Assembly: GCA_013239625.1 (NCBI GenBank)
Contig: MU054187.1
Location: 24,368,433 to 24,432,432, forward strand
DNA: 64,000 nt
Origin: Lama guanicoe
Lineage: Eukaryota
Reading direction: 5' to 3'
Positions within the stretch are counted from its first letter, which is position 1. Each line of letters begins with the position of its first letter. Under the pieces are notes generated by a model. That model ran no database searches. It worked only from the letters and a program-made list of their open reading frames with translations, and was not told the origin of the DNA. This document shows, piece after piece, positions 38,061-50,990 of the stretch. The position numbers and the translations under genes are program-made.

Positions 38061-39117
38061 TTCTGATGTTTTCCTGAAAAAAGGATTGACCACAGAGTTC
38101 AAGGACTAATGAATGACTGGTAATGGAAAAATGAGGGATGCATGCCTCCTGCTACAAGATCCAGAGGGATTCAGAGACAAGAAATCCAGCAAACAGTTTT
38201 CTGTATATTTCTCTCAGCTTTTTTCGTCTAATCCTCCACATTACAGCACATAAAACATCAGTTAAGATTTCCAGACAGACATGGCAAATAGTGTTTATCT
38301 CTGCTCCTAATGGAAATAATACATATTCAAATGTCAATATTGTTTTATTAAAAAGATTATAAATTCTAAGAATAAAGGAAAACATGAGTGGAGATGAGAG
38401 TAAATGAAAAATGTCAACAAATGTTAACAAATGAAAAGCAAATAGTGGTGATGCAATTGACTTACCAGGTAAAAAGAAGCTGAAACAGGGGAACTTAACA
38501 GCTGGAGACAAAGCCGCAAAGCAGACTTTTTCCTGAAGATCACTGGAGATTTGGAACTTGAGGCGCAAAGTGTCTTAGTTGTCCAGAGTGAACGATGGAG
38601 CTGGAAATTAGTTGAAAACTCTGTGTATGGAATAATCAGAGATCCTTTCTCCTATTCTTTCCCTCCTTATCTTGCACAGCCAGGTGAGTATCGCTTTCTA
38701 ACTTCCTCAGAAAACCAGGTATTTCGTCTCTGAGAAATTGATCATTCGGGACTCCAAACTAGAGACGCCAAGAACGATGGAGTTGGATGGTGCTGAAGTG
38801 AAAACATACATTTATGAAGGGTACATTATTATAAACTTTCAGACAGTATTTTATTTTTAAAGTAATGCAGAGGTAATCATTCCATAAATTTTACACTTGC
38901 TGACTAAAATACTATGAAATCATTCAGGAAATCTTTCTCATGCAAATTTTTTTCTTTTTCTTTTTCTTTTTTTAAGAAGGTAGACATATCTAAAACTATC
39001 CAGGTTTTTCAACACCAACATGCTTTGGGACTATGTTCTACACTTTGCTAGCAATGTAAGGGAAAAGAAACCAGTCACTAAGTTTGTAATCGTTCTCCCT
39101 ACAATAAAACCTCTTAC

Positions 39118-39409
39118 CGATTCTTTCAGGACTGTCAATGGTAACAAAATGGTCAACAGAGACTGGAGTCTCAGAAAATTTAGATCTTCTTCTTGAATTT
39201 CTTATGCTTCTTTGGAGGACGATTTTCCCAGTGAAAGGACCTGAGCATTTCTTCCAATCTAATGGTGTTTGCTGGGCAGATGCATGCAGTATAGGAGCCC
39301 AGTCCTCCTCCTCTCTGTCCATTGGCAGAGTCCCTGCTGTGTGACCTTTCCTGGGCTCTTCCATGCACGATGTAGAGGCTGTTGCTAAGTTGCCTTTCCT
39401 GCTAAACCC
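39118..39409 (-). other. Candidate 292-bp exon, fully open reading frame
   Basis: Strong donor ATCG|GTAAGAG (39117), weaker acceptor TTTTGGATTAACAG; 97 stop-free codons GFSRKGNLATASTSCMEEPRKG...TIDSPERI; no homology recognised. Confidence 0.35.
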
Positions 39410-41189
39410 CTGTTAATCCAAAACTAACCCAACAGATTCAGTGCATGAAAAATGCCTCTTTGTCTTTACCTGGACACTTGGAGTCTGGGTTGTCCAACCA
39501 ACCTTTCCAAATCCAATTGTTACTCCCTTTGCTTCTGCCTCTCCTGACCCAAACCAGCAACACTGTAGCCATGACATTCTTCTCTAATATTGTGAGACCA
39601 AGTTGAACCTCAGTAGTTAGTTATGTGGCCTTAAGCAATTCAACCACCATTCTTGGACCTCCCTGCTCTAACTCACAGATTTGAGAGAGAATCCCCATTC
39701 TTCCTGATGGAGAATTCCAATCCCTACCCATCACAGACTTTTTTTTTTATTTAAATGCATGTTGTCTTGATCACCTCCCAATTATTTTTTTCTTCTCTCC
39801 TCTTAAGAGTTTTCCTTTGTTCCATTGTTTTCCTTTACCTCATTTGATCCTACATGCAGCTCATTTCAGCTTCTTTCTTATTCCTAATCATAAGCTGCTG
39901 AAACTATATGCTCGTGGAAACACACACACAGAAGTGTTCATTCCCAAGTGGCAGTTCTACTGTTACCATAGAGATGTATCAGTTTCCTATCAAGTGAGAG
40001 AGATGAATCATGGCTCATGAATATTTATTTCATTTTACACTTGATTATTCCATTTTAACATCTGTGGCAAAATGGATATTTTGTTTTCAATATATTTTCA
40101 GTTAATCTTTTAAAGACAGCACTTTATTCTCACTCAAAAAGGCAACGAAACTGTCCAACGCTATTTGGACCATTGTACTAATGAGTTAGTTTCTAAGTAA
40201 GTTGATGAAGAGCTGATATGTATAAATTTGTAGTATACCATTGAGTATTATTCTGTGTTGCGTATTTCTTAACCAATATGTTCACCTGCGAAAGTATACA
40301 TTATTGTCAAGAATTCTTCTGTTAATCACTAGGTGTTACTAGCCTGTTACTTGCCTAACAATTCCTGATTTGTGTGGATGAAGAAATTAAGAAAATATCA
40401 CTAAATCAGAGTACTGCAGTAACATTCACCGAGTCTTGGGGGCAATTCAGTATTTTTTCATTCCTTTACATTTCTGGATCACTTTTCAGTTTTGGAAGCA
40501 TTCACATATGTGACAGGGTGTGAGCATTCAACCTACTTTATTATAGAAACAACTGTTTTGCTCATCTTTCATTTTTGTGCTCTATCAGAAAGACAGAATG
40601 CTTATATTTCCCCACACTTCCTAAGGGTGATTGACGTTTGAGCTTTTCTTGACTTCAAAGAAATGAAACAATTTTTTTGTTTGACATTAATTCTGAGTTC
40701 AATGGACCATAAAAACAAATGAAAATAGAGGGCTTGGGTGGGAAGGAGGGTTTGCGTAATAAAATACAGGGTCTAGTGAGGGAGTCAGAGAGGAGGAGCA
40801 AGTGTTTTTTTAAAGATCAGTTGGGGTCGTGGGACTCTTAGGAGGAAGAAAGGTCTTGTCTTAAAACAAAGCAGGTAAAAGGATCCAGTCAAGGGCCACA
40901 GTAAAGTTACTATTTAGGTGTAGGAAGAGGTTTGTCTGAGCACCAGGAGTGATTATTTTACATGACTCCTAGAACATATCCAAACCCAATACCCCAGAAA
41001 ATCCATAAATCCAAAAATAAGCCAATAGGACAGGTAATGGAATGGTAGTGAGGAAGCCCCTTGCCAGAACGTTGGGGACTAAACTAAATAATCTTCAAGT
41101 CTTCATGCTGGGATAGATAACCTAGGTTTGGGACACCAAGTTGACCATATATTATCTCACCAAGCTTGACAAGAGCACGACAATGTCGT

Positions 41190-41950
41190 TGGGGGCACAG
41201 ACTCAAGGGTTAAGGAGATGTATCTTTCCCTTAGAATCTCTGTGTTGAACAAGTCATCTTTTATTTATCTAAGCTTCTATTTTTCCATCTGGAAAAAAAA
41301 GTAGAGAAGGAAACCTTACAGGGTTGTTGCAACAAATAAGTGAGCTCCATCAAGTAGAGAGGATAACCCAAAGCCTGGATCATAGTAAGCAGTAAGTATT
41401 AGTGTTACCATTAGGTAAAGCAGAAGAGATCAGGTGACTTGTTCATAGTAATGTGGCTGGGTGGTAGCAGCATGAGGGATCTTTCCATCAACCCGTGTTA
41501 CTTCTAGGCCATCAACTGGACATCCCTTCTGGGAATTGGAAGCATCATTAGAGAGCCTCCCTCAGTCCCGACCAGCCTAACGGATGCTACCAAGAGGGCA
41601 CACTTGACTTGCTTGTGCTTCTCACTCAGGCCCAAGCAGGCAAGCAGAACGTCTGCTCAATCACCTCTCCTGCCTCCAATCTGTCCTACATGCCACTGAA
41701 AGAGTAATAACTACAAGAATTAGAACCACATGACCTGGAAGTCATGGCCCTTCGGAAATTTTGTTAATCATGATGTCAGCTGGATTCCACTAATCCCTGT
41801 GCCTTGGCTTCTTCAGATTTGTTTCTGTCCCCATGCCTTTGCCCACATTATTTTCTCACAGTTAGGGCAACCAGGGCCTTTCTTTGCCTGGGACAGTCCA
41901 ATTGTATGTCTCTTGTCCCAGCATAATGACTAATAGCACCCTTAAACCCT
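41190..41950. mobile_element. MIR and L2 fragments
   Basis: TGTGTTGAACAAGTCATCTT...TTCCATCTGGAAAA...CAGGGTTGTTGC (MIR); CCTCCAATCTGTCCTACATGCCACTG...CATGCCTTTGCCCAC (L2). Confidence 0.55.
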
Positions 41951-44659
41951 CAAGCGTGTCCCGAGTTGGAAAATACATTATAGAGTCACTCGATTATGGC
42001 TCCTCCAATGAGAACACCCCTCTTTGCTGCTCTTTCACCAAATTCTGCCAGTCCTTTGTGAGTCAACTCAGTTCTACTTCTGCATGGACTTTTCCTGACA
42101 GTTCTTTATATGCTGATTTTTCACACTTAAATGCACTTTTAGAAGATATATATTGACCCAGATAACTGAAAAATCTAAGGGGCATAATTTTTTTGAGGCA
42201 CAGCCTGATGAAAAGGTCCCAGTGACATCACCAGCATTTGACCTCTTTTTGTCCCTTGGTTTTATATCACTCTGAGTTGGCATCATTCTTGGGCTCCACG
42301 TGTTTACCAACCAGTTAATTTTTTTCAAAAATATGTATATGTGTTTTTCAATAAAAGTCCTAGGCCTTTTTGGATCACCTCTTTTTCACTGAACCAATCA
42401 CTATTAGAAAATATGATTTTTTGTTTTTAATTGGCCCGGCCTGACATGTATATCCAGACCTTGAGCTGGAAGCAATACCTTCAGAAGCACATGGACTGAG
42501 AGTAAGAGCTTGGTCTCCTAGAATAAAACTGATCCCCTAAATGAAAAAAAAGAAAACTGGTGAAGAATTCTGTATTGCTGGTAACAGTTGAAGCACCACA
42601 ATTTTGGGATCTGCTCGTATTCCTAAGCAACTAATTAACAAAACCAAAACTTCTGGGCAAGAGTTACAAGAAAATTAAGGGACAAGGTGTCTCTTGTCAA
42701 TATGCAGGCAGATGGTAAGATGTCACCAACAGGCAACAGACTTGCATGATACTAATCTCACAAGAGGAATTAGAGGAAGCAAAGGGATATCTGGTGAATC
42801 TAAGAACAGAAGGACCTCAAGATAGTTCGGGTCAGCAACACAGAATAATTTGAGACCAACAACAGGAACTGGAATCGATCTGCTCACTCCAACAATATGT
42901 TAGTGCAAGTAAATTCAGAAGATGCTGGAACAGTCTCGCATATGTGAATTTCAATATGGACTTTCCAGGGCTTTCTCCCAGGGAAGGCCTAGTGGAGAAA
43001 CTTCTAGGAGTGGAATCAAAATTAAGCAGGAAAAGGGAGTCCCAGTCTTTATGAAACTGAATCTCAGAAATGACATCCCCACACTTCTGTCATATTCTAC
43101 TTGTTGGAAGCAAAGGCGGATTACACAAGATGTGGATACCGAGAGGTGGATACCATTGGGAGCCATTTATAAGCTGTCTACTACAACGTTTATTCAAAGA
43201 AGTGAAAGAAAGGCTTCATAATAGATAGAACTCAGTATCACCTGGGTCTTGAAACATGGGTAGGAAGTCATCAGGCAGCCCAAAATGCAAAGAGAAATCT
43301 AGAGCTTGTAGCACGAGCAGAAACAAACGCTCTTGGATACAGCTCTTCCCTTCCAGGAAAAACAGGACTGAAGGATAGGGACATCAATAGAGTGCTTGTG
43401 AAAGACGAGGCTGGAAATGCTGGGAAAAGTCAAATTACAGGAGGCCTGGTATACCACTGTCTAACGCATGCTTGAAGGCACTGAAGTGCCAGCATTTCCA
43501 CAAAATTCATCAGCACTGTCAGGTCTATTTTCAAGATGGCCAATGAAAGGCATTTTTCTAGTTTTGTGGCTTCCTGTTTCCACATGGCCACAGCAGAAGC
43601 ACTGCAGTTTTGACCACCCCTCCCTTTAAGTTTTGCATATTCCATCTTAAACCAGGCTGTTGTAAACAAAGACAGATGTCTTTAATTAGAGTGGAAAGTT
43701 ATATATGTTTCATTTTTCCTCATTAAGAAGAAATTATTTCAGACTCAAATCATGGAATGACAACTATTATCCATTACATGATTCCTATATCCCTTTCCCT
43801 ACCCTTTAGTTGGAGTGAAATAATACTTGTAAAATATAATTTGGAATAATAAGAACCTTTCCGCAAAAATTTTTCAAAGAAACAGAGAGTAAATAGAAGA
43901 AAAAATGTTCTGGGACTACAGACTACCTGAGAGCCTCAGACTGAAAATCTGTGAAGTAACCAAAGATGTACATGGCACAGTAGTAAAGAGAAGAAATTTT
44001 CAACAGCAACTGATAAAGGAATTTCAATTAAAACATCTACATTATGTCAAGAATTAAAGACTACATTAAGAGAGTTTAATGTTTGACATATTTTCCTCTC
44101 CTATACTCCTAGAGCATTTTACTTTGTAACTACATTAAGCACTTATTAAAGTCCAGTTGTTAATTAATATGCCTGCCTCTCCCACTAAATAATGAGCCTT
44201 GAAGTGAAGAGATCTGGTCTCACTTGACTTTGTGTCTCTGTCTAAGCATAATGCTTAACACAGAGAAGGCTTTCAGTGAATTCTGAGGACTTGAAGTGAA
44301 TTTAAATACAGACTTTAAAATATAGATGCTAAGAAAGTAAACAAGAAATGTTCTTGTTATCACTACAATATTGCAAAATAGAAGAACAGCTTTTCACACT
44401 TTGGTTAACCAAACCACCTAAGAGGACAGCGGTGAAAATACTCAGGGATTGTACATTTTGACTGAAGAAAAGTTATTCTCAACACGCTCATTAATTGTTC
44501 ACTGACTTATATGCATTGATAAACCTAGATGTCCCATATGTGGTAGTGACAGAGCATCTATTTTTATCATATTAAGAATATAAGAATCATATTTTTGATT
44601 AATAATGATGTTAATTGTTAATGAACATCTATTATTTGTTGAAAATTGTGCTATGTGAT

Positions 44660-46160
44660 TGTGACGACTTCTAACACCAACTACCCAGAGTTAAGCCAAA
44701 CTTCACAGGTTGTGAGGACAGCCCTACACAAGGCTATTCTTGCTTGAGATAGCAGCACAAATTCAGAGGATCCCAGATAGCTACAGAGATCCTCAAAAGT
44801 CTGACCAGATGGCCGAACTTGGGAGTTTCCACTACCCACTCAAGTTTAATGATTTACTAGAACAACTCACAGAATTCAGCAAAGCACTATGCTTATAATT
44901 ACAGTTTTACTGCAGCAAAAGGATAAAAAATCAGACCTGTCAAAGAAGAGACACAGAGGACGAGCCCCAAGAGGCCTAAATGTAAAGCTTCCATTGTCTT
45001 CTCTCCTTGGCATCAGGGCACATCACCCTCCAGGCACATCAATGTGTGACAGTATACCAAAAGCACTCTACAATACAATACAAAGCATAGAGATGCTCAG
45101 CTAAGCTTCAGAGCTCAGAGATTTTACTGTTTTGTTACAGCAACATTATTAATGAGTTCTTGGCCATGAGGTCAAATACAATCTCTAGCCCTTCTCTCCT
45201 CCCTGGAGGTCAATTAAAATCACATGGCCTGGGCATATTTTCAGAAAGAACCCTACTTCAAAAAGACACCTGCACCCCAGTGTGCCTAGCAGCACCATTT
45301 ACAAGAGCCAAGACATGGAAACGGCCTAAATGTCCATCAACAGATGACTGGATAAAGAGGATGTGGTATATTTATACAATGGAATATTATTCAGCCATAA
45401 AAATGACAATATAATGCCATTTGCAGCAACATGGATGCTCCTGGAGAATGTCATTCTAAGTGAAGTAAGCCAGAAAGAGAAAGAAAAACACCATATGAGA
45501 TCACTCATATGTGGAATCTAAAAAAGAAAAAGAAAAGAAAAAGAAAAATGAGCATAAATACAAAACAGAAAAAGACTCATAGACATAGAATACAAACTTG
45601 TGGTTGCCAGGGGGGAGAGGGTGGGAAGGGACAGTCTGGGAGTTCAAAATTTGTAGATACTGACAGAAATATGTAGAATAGATAAATAAGACTATGCTAT
45701 ATAGCACAGGGAAATATATAGATGATCTTGTGGTAGTTCACAGTGACAAAAAAAAAAGTGACAATGAATATATGTATGTTCATGTATAACTGAAAAATTG
45801 TGCTCTACACTGGAAATTGACATAACATTGTAAACTGACTATAACTTAATAAAATAAAGTTTAAAAAATTAAAATTAAAATTAAATCAATCAATCAATCA
45901 ATCAATCAATCACATGGCTCAAAGCTCCAACCCTTTCTTTAGTCACATGGTTGGTCTTTCTGGTATGACCAGTTCCCATCCTGTGTCATCTCATTAGCTT
46001 AAAATATCCAGGGACCCAGCATAAATTATCTTGTTAGCATAGACTGTCAGGACTTACCAAGAATAATAAAGATGCTCCTATCACTAGGGAAATTTCAAGA
46101 ATTTAGATGCTCCCTCTCAGGAACCAGGGATGAAAGCCAGCCGAATTCAATATTATACAG
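44660..46160 (-). mobile_element. MER21-like LTR split by a young L1
   Basis: TCTAACACCAACTACCCAGAGTTAAG...TTTACTAGAACAACTCACAGAA...GGTTGGTCTTTCTGG...CAGGAACCAGGGA...TATTATACA. Confidence 0.7.
45229..45907 (+). mobile_element. Young 5'-truncated L1 3' end
   Basis: WKRPKCPSTDDWIKRMWYIYTMEYYSAIK; TSD AATCACATGGC at 45218-45228 and 45908-45918; TT/AAAA endonuclease site at left. Confidence 0.93.
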
Positions 46161-46169
46161 GAGTGATTT

Positions 46170-46710
46170 TCACATGTTATCTGATATAATTCCTCTAGTT
46201 CACATAGCCACCTGTTGAAGTGATGGTATTATTACAGACATGAGGAAATGTAATTCTGGAGAACTTAAATAACATTTCCAAGGCCATGTAGCTAATGAAT
46301 GTCAAAGCCAGGATTTGAAGCCATGTTTTACTTTTTCTAGCCCCTTTTCCCAAATTAGACTAACATTTTACTTGATTATGCCTTGAGTTCAATATTTATT
46401 AATAACATTATAACAATTTTCACCTCCTATACTATAATTATATGGTCATGGTTTCAATGGAAGAAAGATCATTTTATATGAAAGATATTTAGCATCCTCA
46501 GTAATAATCTTTAAAGTCAGAAGAGGCAATGAAATGTGAAAAACAGAAATATACCTGAGTTCTAATTCTACCAATTTATAGTTAACCCCTAAATCTCTGA
46601 CCTCAGTGAGACTACTTATAATCTCTGGGCATTAGTTTATGTCTATGAATGCTCTCTTATATTCCAGGATTATTATAAAACTCAAATAACAGTTGTGAAA
46701 GCAGTGATCC
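46170..46710. mobile_element. Two MIR fragments (minus ~46170-46340, plus ~46510-46710)
   Basis: CAAGGCCATGTAGCTAATGAATGTCAAAGCCAGGATTTGAA; ACCTGAGTTCTAATTCTACCA...CTCTGACCTCAG. Confidence 0.6.
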
Positions 46711-47479
46711 TGTTCCCCCAAATCCCTTATTCTCCTCTATTTTTCCATAACATTTAATGTTTTTTTCCAAAAACATTTCATATAACTTAAATATATAAGT
46801 TCAATAATTGAACCAGTTTGTAAACTCCACAATAGCAAGGAACTAGTTTTTTAATGATACATCACAAATCTCTAGACTAGGTTATGGTAAGTAATAGAAA
46901 TCCAAGTTTCTCGACACATATGGGCATATAAACTGTGAATAGATAGAACTTTAACTTATTCAAATCAGTCATTCCACTGGTGAAAACTAGAACTATTGGA
47001 AGAAAATATTTAATATATGCATTGCCACAGGTAAGATAAAATAAAAATTATTTTTTACTGTTTTATTTTTTTTTTAATTTTTAAAAATTACTGGACCAAG
47101 GGAGAAGGAATTTCAAAGAGGCCTGATATCCTAGATTTTTCACCCTCACAAGCATTTGCTGCTTGCAGAAGTTACTGCTGAGTGGCAGAGAGGCTGAGCA
47201 CCACTGCTAGCAGACTAGATGTGATAGTAACATAAGGATTGGATTCCAGGTACCGCTTGGCGGAGGAGAGGGCTGGTGGATTTCTTCAGCTTTACACTGA
47301 TCCTCTAACGGCCACCTTAAAGCATTGGTAAGTTGTAAGCAGACAGGTCCCTGTAGGAACTGCCACTTTGTTTGAGTCGTGTCAAGCATGGAGATTTTTT
47401 TTAAGTTGAACCGTGATTGCTGGTGTCCCCAAGGCAAACATAAATTCCCTCTGAGTAAAGATAACATTTACAAATAATT

Positions 47480-49680
47480 TTGCAAATACTTTATTTATTA
47501 TATAATCAAAAGTAACAAAACACCCAAGGGAAAAAAACTGCATGAATGAAAACTAGCAGAATCAGGTGGTAGAAATAGATCTGTGGGAGTCACCAGGCAC
47601 AGAGAAAAAAGAAAGGAAAACAAAGAAAAGAAGTTAGCAGACAGAGAGGAAAAGGGCAATATAATCTACAATTCCCATAACTGGAATCTCAGGAAGGAAA
47701 AAATGCAGAGTCAATAGTTGAAATAGAATGTTTCAAAAGTGAACAAAGGCATTAATCCAGAGATCAAAAAAGTCGTATGAATTCCAAGCAGGACTAATGA
47801 AAAGAAGCCTACATCTAGCCACATGAAAATGTCAGCGCTAAAATATAAGGAGAGCATCGTTAAAGTGGCCAGAGCTGGGGAAGGAGAGGGAAACGTCTCT
47901 TACCTGCCAAGGAGTAACAGCTAACCTTTCAGCAAGAACAATGGAATCCAGAAGAAAAGTGAATGATGTCTTCAAGCGAAAATGACTGAAAAGAAAATAT
48001 CTTTCAGCCTATAAATCTACATCCAGTGAAAGCTTTCTCCAAAACACAAGTGAAATAAAGATGTGAATAAAAACAAAAGCTGAGAACATGTTACTCTCTA
48101 GTAAACCCATACCAGTGGAATATACTTCATGGTGAAATGTTAAACTTCTTCTTTAGGGTCAGGAATTTACAAAGATGCCTGATATGACAGATCCCAGTCA
48201 AATATTAGAAATGTAGAAAATACATCAATATTGTCAATCACATGATTATATACAAATAAAATCCAGAAGATTCTAAACAAAATTGGAATTAATAAATAAG
48301 AGTGTCAAGATTTCTAGATAAAAGTTAAATGACATCATTGTATTTCAATATACCAGTAACAAAATTAGGGGGGAAAATGAACTTTTAGTAAAAGAACAAT
48401 TACATCAAAATTATCAAATACCTAGAAAATGATCTAACAAAATATGCCAAAGATATGTAGAAAACTCTAAAACAATAATGGGATATTTAGGGCTCCTTTA
48501 ATTTTAAAGAAGATGTACATAAATCAAAGAATATATTTGTGGATTTAAAAATCCATTATTATAAAAAGATGTCAAATATCCCCAAATGTGTCTATAGCTT
48601 TTAAGCAATCCCACTCAAATCTCAATCTGTGTGAAGAGTGTAAACTGAGAAACCTCTTGACAATCTTAGAAAAGAAAACAAGGAGAGAAGATCTATCTTA
48701 TCAAATATCAAAAATTATTATAAAGCTATAGTAAGATAATGTGATACGAGCATAAGAATAGACAAACAGACTAATGGGACAAAATAAAAAAGACACAAAA
48801 AATGCACATATATCAGGGCATTTGACGTACAATAAGGTGATACTGCATAACAGTGGAAGAAAGAAATCTTTCCATGATATGATGCTAGGACAATGGGTGA
48901 ACAGCACAAAAAAATGAAACTTTACCACTACTTCACACTGATCACAAAATTAAAAAATCAATTCCAGGTGAGTTGTAGGTTTACAGATATTGAAAGGAAA
49001 GCCAATAAAATTGATAGAATATGATATAGGAGTGCACCTTTACAATTTGGGGTAAGAAAATTCTTCCTAAACAGAACATAAAAGCACTAACTGTAAAGAG
49101 GAGGATTAATAATTTGGACTACATTACATGGATGTCCCTGGATAATGTTATTCTAAGTGAAGTAAGCCAGAAAGAAAAAGAAAAACACCATATGAGGTCA
49201 CTCATATGCGGAATCTAAAAAAAAACAAAAAACAAAAACAAAAACACAAAACAGAAACAGACTTATAGACATAGAGTACAAACTTGTGGTTGCCAGGGGG
49301 ACGGGGGGTGGGAAGGGACTGGGATTTCAAAATGAAGAATAGATAAACAAGATTGTACCCCCCATGTAGCACAGGGAAATATATACAGGATGTTGTGGTG
49401 GCTCACAGCAAAAGAGAATGTGACAATGAATGTATGTATGTTCATGTATAACTGAAAAATTGTGCTGTACACTGGAATTTGACACAACATTGTAAACTGA
49501 CTATAACTCAATAAAAAAAGTTTATATATAAAAAATAATTTGGACTACATTAAGAGACATTATTAAAAAATGAAATGACTGAATAGAATAAAATAATTTC
49601 AATACATATGTAACCTATAAAAGTTTTGTATCTAAAATACGTGAAGAATGCTATGCATTAATAAGAACAAAAGGACTACT
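47480..49680 (+). mobile_element. Ancient L1 (L1ME-like) ORF1/ORF2 fragments
   Basis: A-rich decayed L1 motifs (AAGCAATCCCACTCAAATCTCAA; TATAAAGCTATAGTAAGATAATGTGA; TTGGACTACATTAA). Confidence 0.7.
49127..49533 (+). mobile_element. Young L1 3'UTR insertion
   Basis: Perfect 19-bp TSD AATAATTTGGACTACATTA at 49108-49126 and 49534-49552. Confidence 0.93.
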
Positions 49681-49784
49681 GTGGGGGTGCTGCTAGTTGG
49701 GGCTTCTCCCCAGGTACTGGCTGCCCCACCCTGCCTTATGCAGAGGCTGCAGGTCACTGGTGGGCAAGGCTGGGTCCCAACATG

Positions 49785-50830
49785 GAGAAGAAATTTACAA
49801 GCTATGTATCTGATGAGGGGTTAATATCCAAAATATACAAAGAACTCATACAACTCAATATCAAAAACCAATTTGACACAAAAATGGGTAGAGGATTTGA
49901 ATAGTCATTTTTCCAGAGACGTACAAATGGCCAACATGAGAAGGTGCTCAACATTGCTAATCATCAGGGAGATGAAATCAGAACCACAATGACAGAGGGA
50001 ACTATGTTCAATATCTTGTAATAGCCTTTAATGAAAAAGAATTTGAAAATGAATATATGTATGTATATGTATGACTGGGACATTGTGCTGCACACCAGAA
50101 ATTGACACATTGTAACTGACTGTACTTCAGTTAAAAAAAAAAAAAACAAGCAGGAAAAAAGCCACGATGAGATATCACCTCACACCTGTCAGAATAGAAA
50201 AGACAGCAGTTAACAGGTATGAAGAAAAGGGAATCCTCATGCACTGTTGCGATGGGAAAGGAAGCTGGTGCAGACACTATGGAAAACTGTGGAGATTCCT
50301 TCAAAAATTAAAACTAGAACTGTTACATGATCCAGAAATTTCACTTTTGAGTATTTTTCCTAAGAAAACAAAAACTCTAAATTGAAAAGATATATACATA
50401 CACATTCATTGTGCCTTATTCACAATAGCAAAGAGGGAAGCAATCTAACTGCCCATTAACAGCCATTAAAAAAAGAATGAAATCTTGGCATTTGTGACGT
50501 TATGAATGGACTTAGAGGGGACTATGTAAGTGAAATAAGCCAGACTGAGAATGAAAATCACTGTATGATTTCGCTTATATGTTGAATCTAAAAAACAATA
50601 CAAATGAATGAAAACAAACCAAAATAAACAAACATAACAAAACAGAAACAGAATCATAGATACAGAGAACAAACAGGTGGTTGCCAGAGGCAATGGGGGT
50701 GGGCGAAATGAGTAAAATAGATTAGGGAGATTAAGAGGTACAAAATGCTCGTTACAAAATAAATGAGTTACAGGGATGAAATGCGCCATGTGCGGAATAT
50801 GATTAATGATAATGTGTTATCTTTGTAAGG
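49785..50830 (+). mobile_element. L1 (L1MA-like) 3' region with a short young L1 tail inserted at ~49993-50159
   Basis: MRYHLTPVR..LWRFLQKLKLELLHDPEI; imperfect TSD AACCACAATGA/AGCCACGATGA around the insert. Confidence 0.85.
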
Positions 50831-50990
50831 TGAGGAAAATGTTCAAAAGCTACACACTTCTAGTTACAAGATAAATAAGTAATAGGGATGTAATGTACAA
50901 TGTAATTGATATAATTAACTCCACTGTATGTTATACATTAAAGTTGAGAGAGTAAATCCTAAGACATCATCACAAGGAAAAAGTATTTTT

